A DNA stretch of 63,540 nucleotides, counting the filler, from Octopus bimaculoides (Eukaryota), in assembly GCF_001194135.2 (NCBI RefSeq). It is 6 parts of 5 records of this genome, joined end to end, with 100 filler letters (N's around TTAATTAATTAA, not from the genome) between each part and the next. Parts side by side here need not be neighbours in the genome. Positions count along the whole stretch, not along the records: positions 61,834 to 63,540 come from NW_026381627.1; 5 more parts are not named here. One strand, 5' to 3'. Shown here one piece after another: positions 61,994 to 63,540 of this stretch; the first letter of the stretch is position 1; every line of letters begins with the position of its first letter. Both the position numbers and the translations under genes were made by a program. The notes under the pieces are model-generated. The model searched no databases. It was not told the DNA's origin and saw nothing but the letters and a program-made list of their open reading frames with translations.

Positions 61994-62119
61994 AATCTTA
62001 CAGCTGTTTCGGCCTAGCTTTGGCATACCCCATTCTATCCGAATAGTTCTTGGTGTGATTATCAGATGAAATGTTGAAATGGGGTTACATGTCCGAACCG
62101 CTAGGCCTCTTCAGATATT
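61994..62119 (-). ncRNA. Type I hammerhead ribozyme with long extended stem II
   Basis: AATAT-CTGAAGA-GGCCTAGC-[81 nt]-GCTAGGCC-GAAA-C-AGCT-GTA^AGATT; perfect 8-bp stem II; palindromic ACAGCTGT stem III; canonical GUA site. Confidence 0.8.
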
Positions 62120-62748
62120 CACAAAGGGTTTCATACAAATATAGAGCAAGATGTAAAAACAGAGGTGGAGTAGAGACAAGAACAAAAACAATAGCAAAAA
62201 TAAGATAAAAATAAAAATAAAAAATACAATTAAAATAAAAATTAAAATAAGGGTACAGCAGGAAAATAATAATAATAATAAAAAATACATAAATGAAAAA
62301 TGAAAATATAGCATATGGGAAATGTAAAAATATATTTTAAAAAAATGTTATAATCTATTTATACAAAAGTATGTTTTACTGTATATTGTTACACACATAT
62401 AAGATTTGGTGTCCATTTATACAGACATATATGTTTTAATATTTGTGTATATCAATATACATATTTTCATACTTATATAGATAGATATACATGTTTTAAT
62501 ACTTATCTATAGAAGTATATATGTATATAGGCATGTTTTACTACACGCATATATACATATATCATATAAGTATATATACATATATCACATATATATACAC
62601 ATATCATATAAGTTGGACAAAATAAAACCGTCAAAAGCTTGTTTATTTTTACATTTTTGGATTTATTATTTTGTTGTTTAATATGTTTTGCTAAAAGTGC
62701 TGTTTCTTTTCAGATACCATCAGAGAAAGGTAATTAAAATTCTTTAAA

Positions 62749-63540
62749 ATGACAGATCAATCGAACTTTCAAAGAGTTCAAATTATTGGTCCTCGTATGG
62801 CAGGCGCTAGCGTAACGAAAACAGCTGAAATGTTTAGTGTATCAAGAAGTACTGTCTCGAAAGTAATGACGGCCTTTCAGAAAGAGGGAAAAAACTTCCT
62901 CGTCGAAACAAANNNNNNNNNNNNNNNNNNNNNNNNNNNNNNNNNNNNNNNNNNNNNNNNNNNNNNNNNNNNNNNNNNNNNNNNNNNNNNNNNNNNNNNN
63001 NNNNNNNNNNNNNNNNNNNNNNNNNNNNNNNNNNNNNNNNNNNNNNNNNNNNNNNNNNNNNNNNNNNNNNNNNNNNNNNNNNNNNNNNNNNNNNNNNNNN
63101 NNNNNNNNNNNNNNNNNNNNNNNNNNNNNNNNNNNNNNNNNNNNNNNNNNNNNNNNNNNNNNNNNNNNNNNNNNNNNNNNNNNNNNNNNNNNNNNNNNNN
63201 NNNNNNNNNNNNNNNNNNNNNNNNNNNNNNNNNNNNNNNNNNNNNNNNNNNNNNNNNNNNNNNNNNNNNNNNNNNNNNNNNNNNATCTGCACAAAGCCGG
63301 ATTTCACGAGCGGGCTGCAATCAGAAAACCACTATTTTCAAAAACAAACATTGCAAAGCGTTTAGAGTGGAGTCAAAATCTACAGAATTGGTCCCTAGAG
63401 TAGTGGAAGAATGTTATTTTCTCGGACGAGTTATCCTTTACCCTTATTTCCGACCACCGGCCGAGTATACGCGTCGAGAGAGTCAAAACAAGCATTTGAC
63501 CCAGACTGCCTTCTTCCAACTGCTGGATGAGGATCGGGGG
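62749..63540 (+). pseudogene. Tc1-family transposase pseudogene, gapped, runs off the window
   Basis: MTDQSNFQRVQIIGPRMAGASVTKTAEMFSVSRSTVSKVMTAF ... LHKAGFHERAAIRKPL...RLEWSQNLQNWSLE*WKNVIFSDE. Confidence 0.92.

Noticed and set aside
62714-62729. 16-nt segment with a good acceptor and AAG|GTAATT donor
   Set aside because: It lies in the 5' region of a dead Tc1 element and has no partner exons
1-63540. CRISPR arrays, rRNA genes, operon-like or prokaryotic defence systems
   Set aside because: No repeat-spacer arrays, rRNA sequence or dense coding; the window is eukaryotic repetitive DNA

Overview
Eukaryotic, AT-rich, repeat-saturated non-genic DNA with many N gaps. The microsatellite load and the SINE families match what I recall from octopus (coleoid cephalopod) genomes; this is inference from memory, not a database hit. 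Five 100-bp gaps carry a TTAATTAATTAA six-frame-stop linker, so the window is six separately assembled pieces joined end to end. No intact host gene is supported, and almost all ORF-track entries are microsatellite or gap artefacts. Recognisable content: dead mariner/Tc1 transposase fragments, CR1-like, Tx1-like and R4/Dong LINE fragments (the R4/Dong copies sit in (TAA)n), piggyBac-, hAT- and mariner-type MITEs, several tRNA-headed SINE families and other short retroposons (working names A-G), and a (TAA)n-flanked non-coding element. The most interesting signal is a set of up to four unrelated short elements carrying type I hammerhead ribozyme cores of the minimal Penelope/retrozyme kind. One is near-canonical with a long extended stem II (61994-62119, minus), and one sits inside a tRNA-headed SINE (22959-23004, minus).
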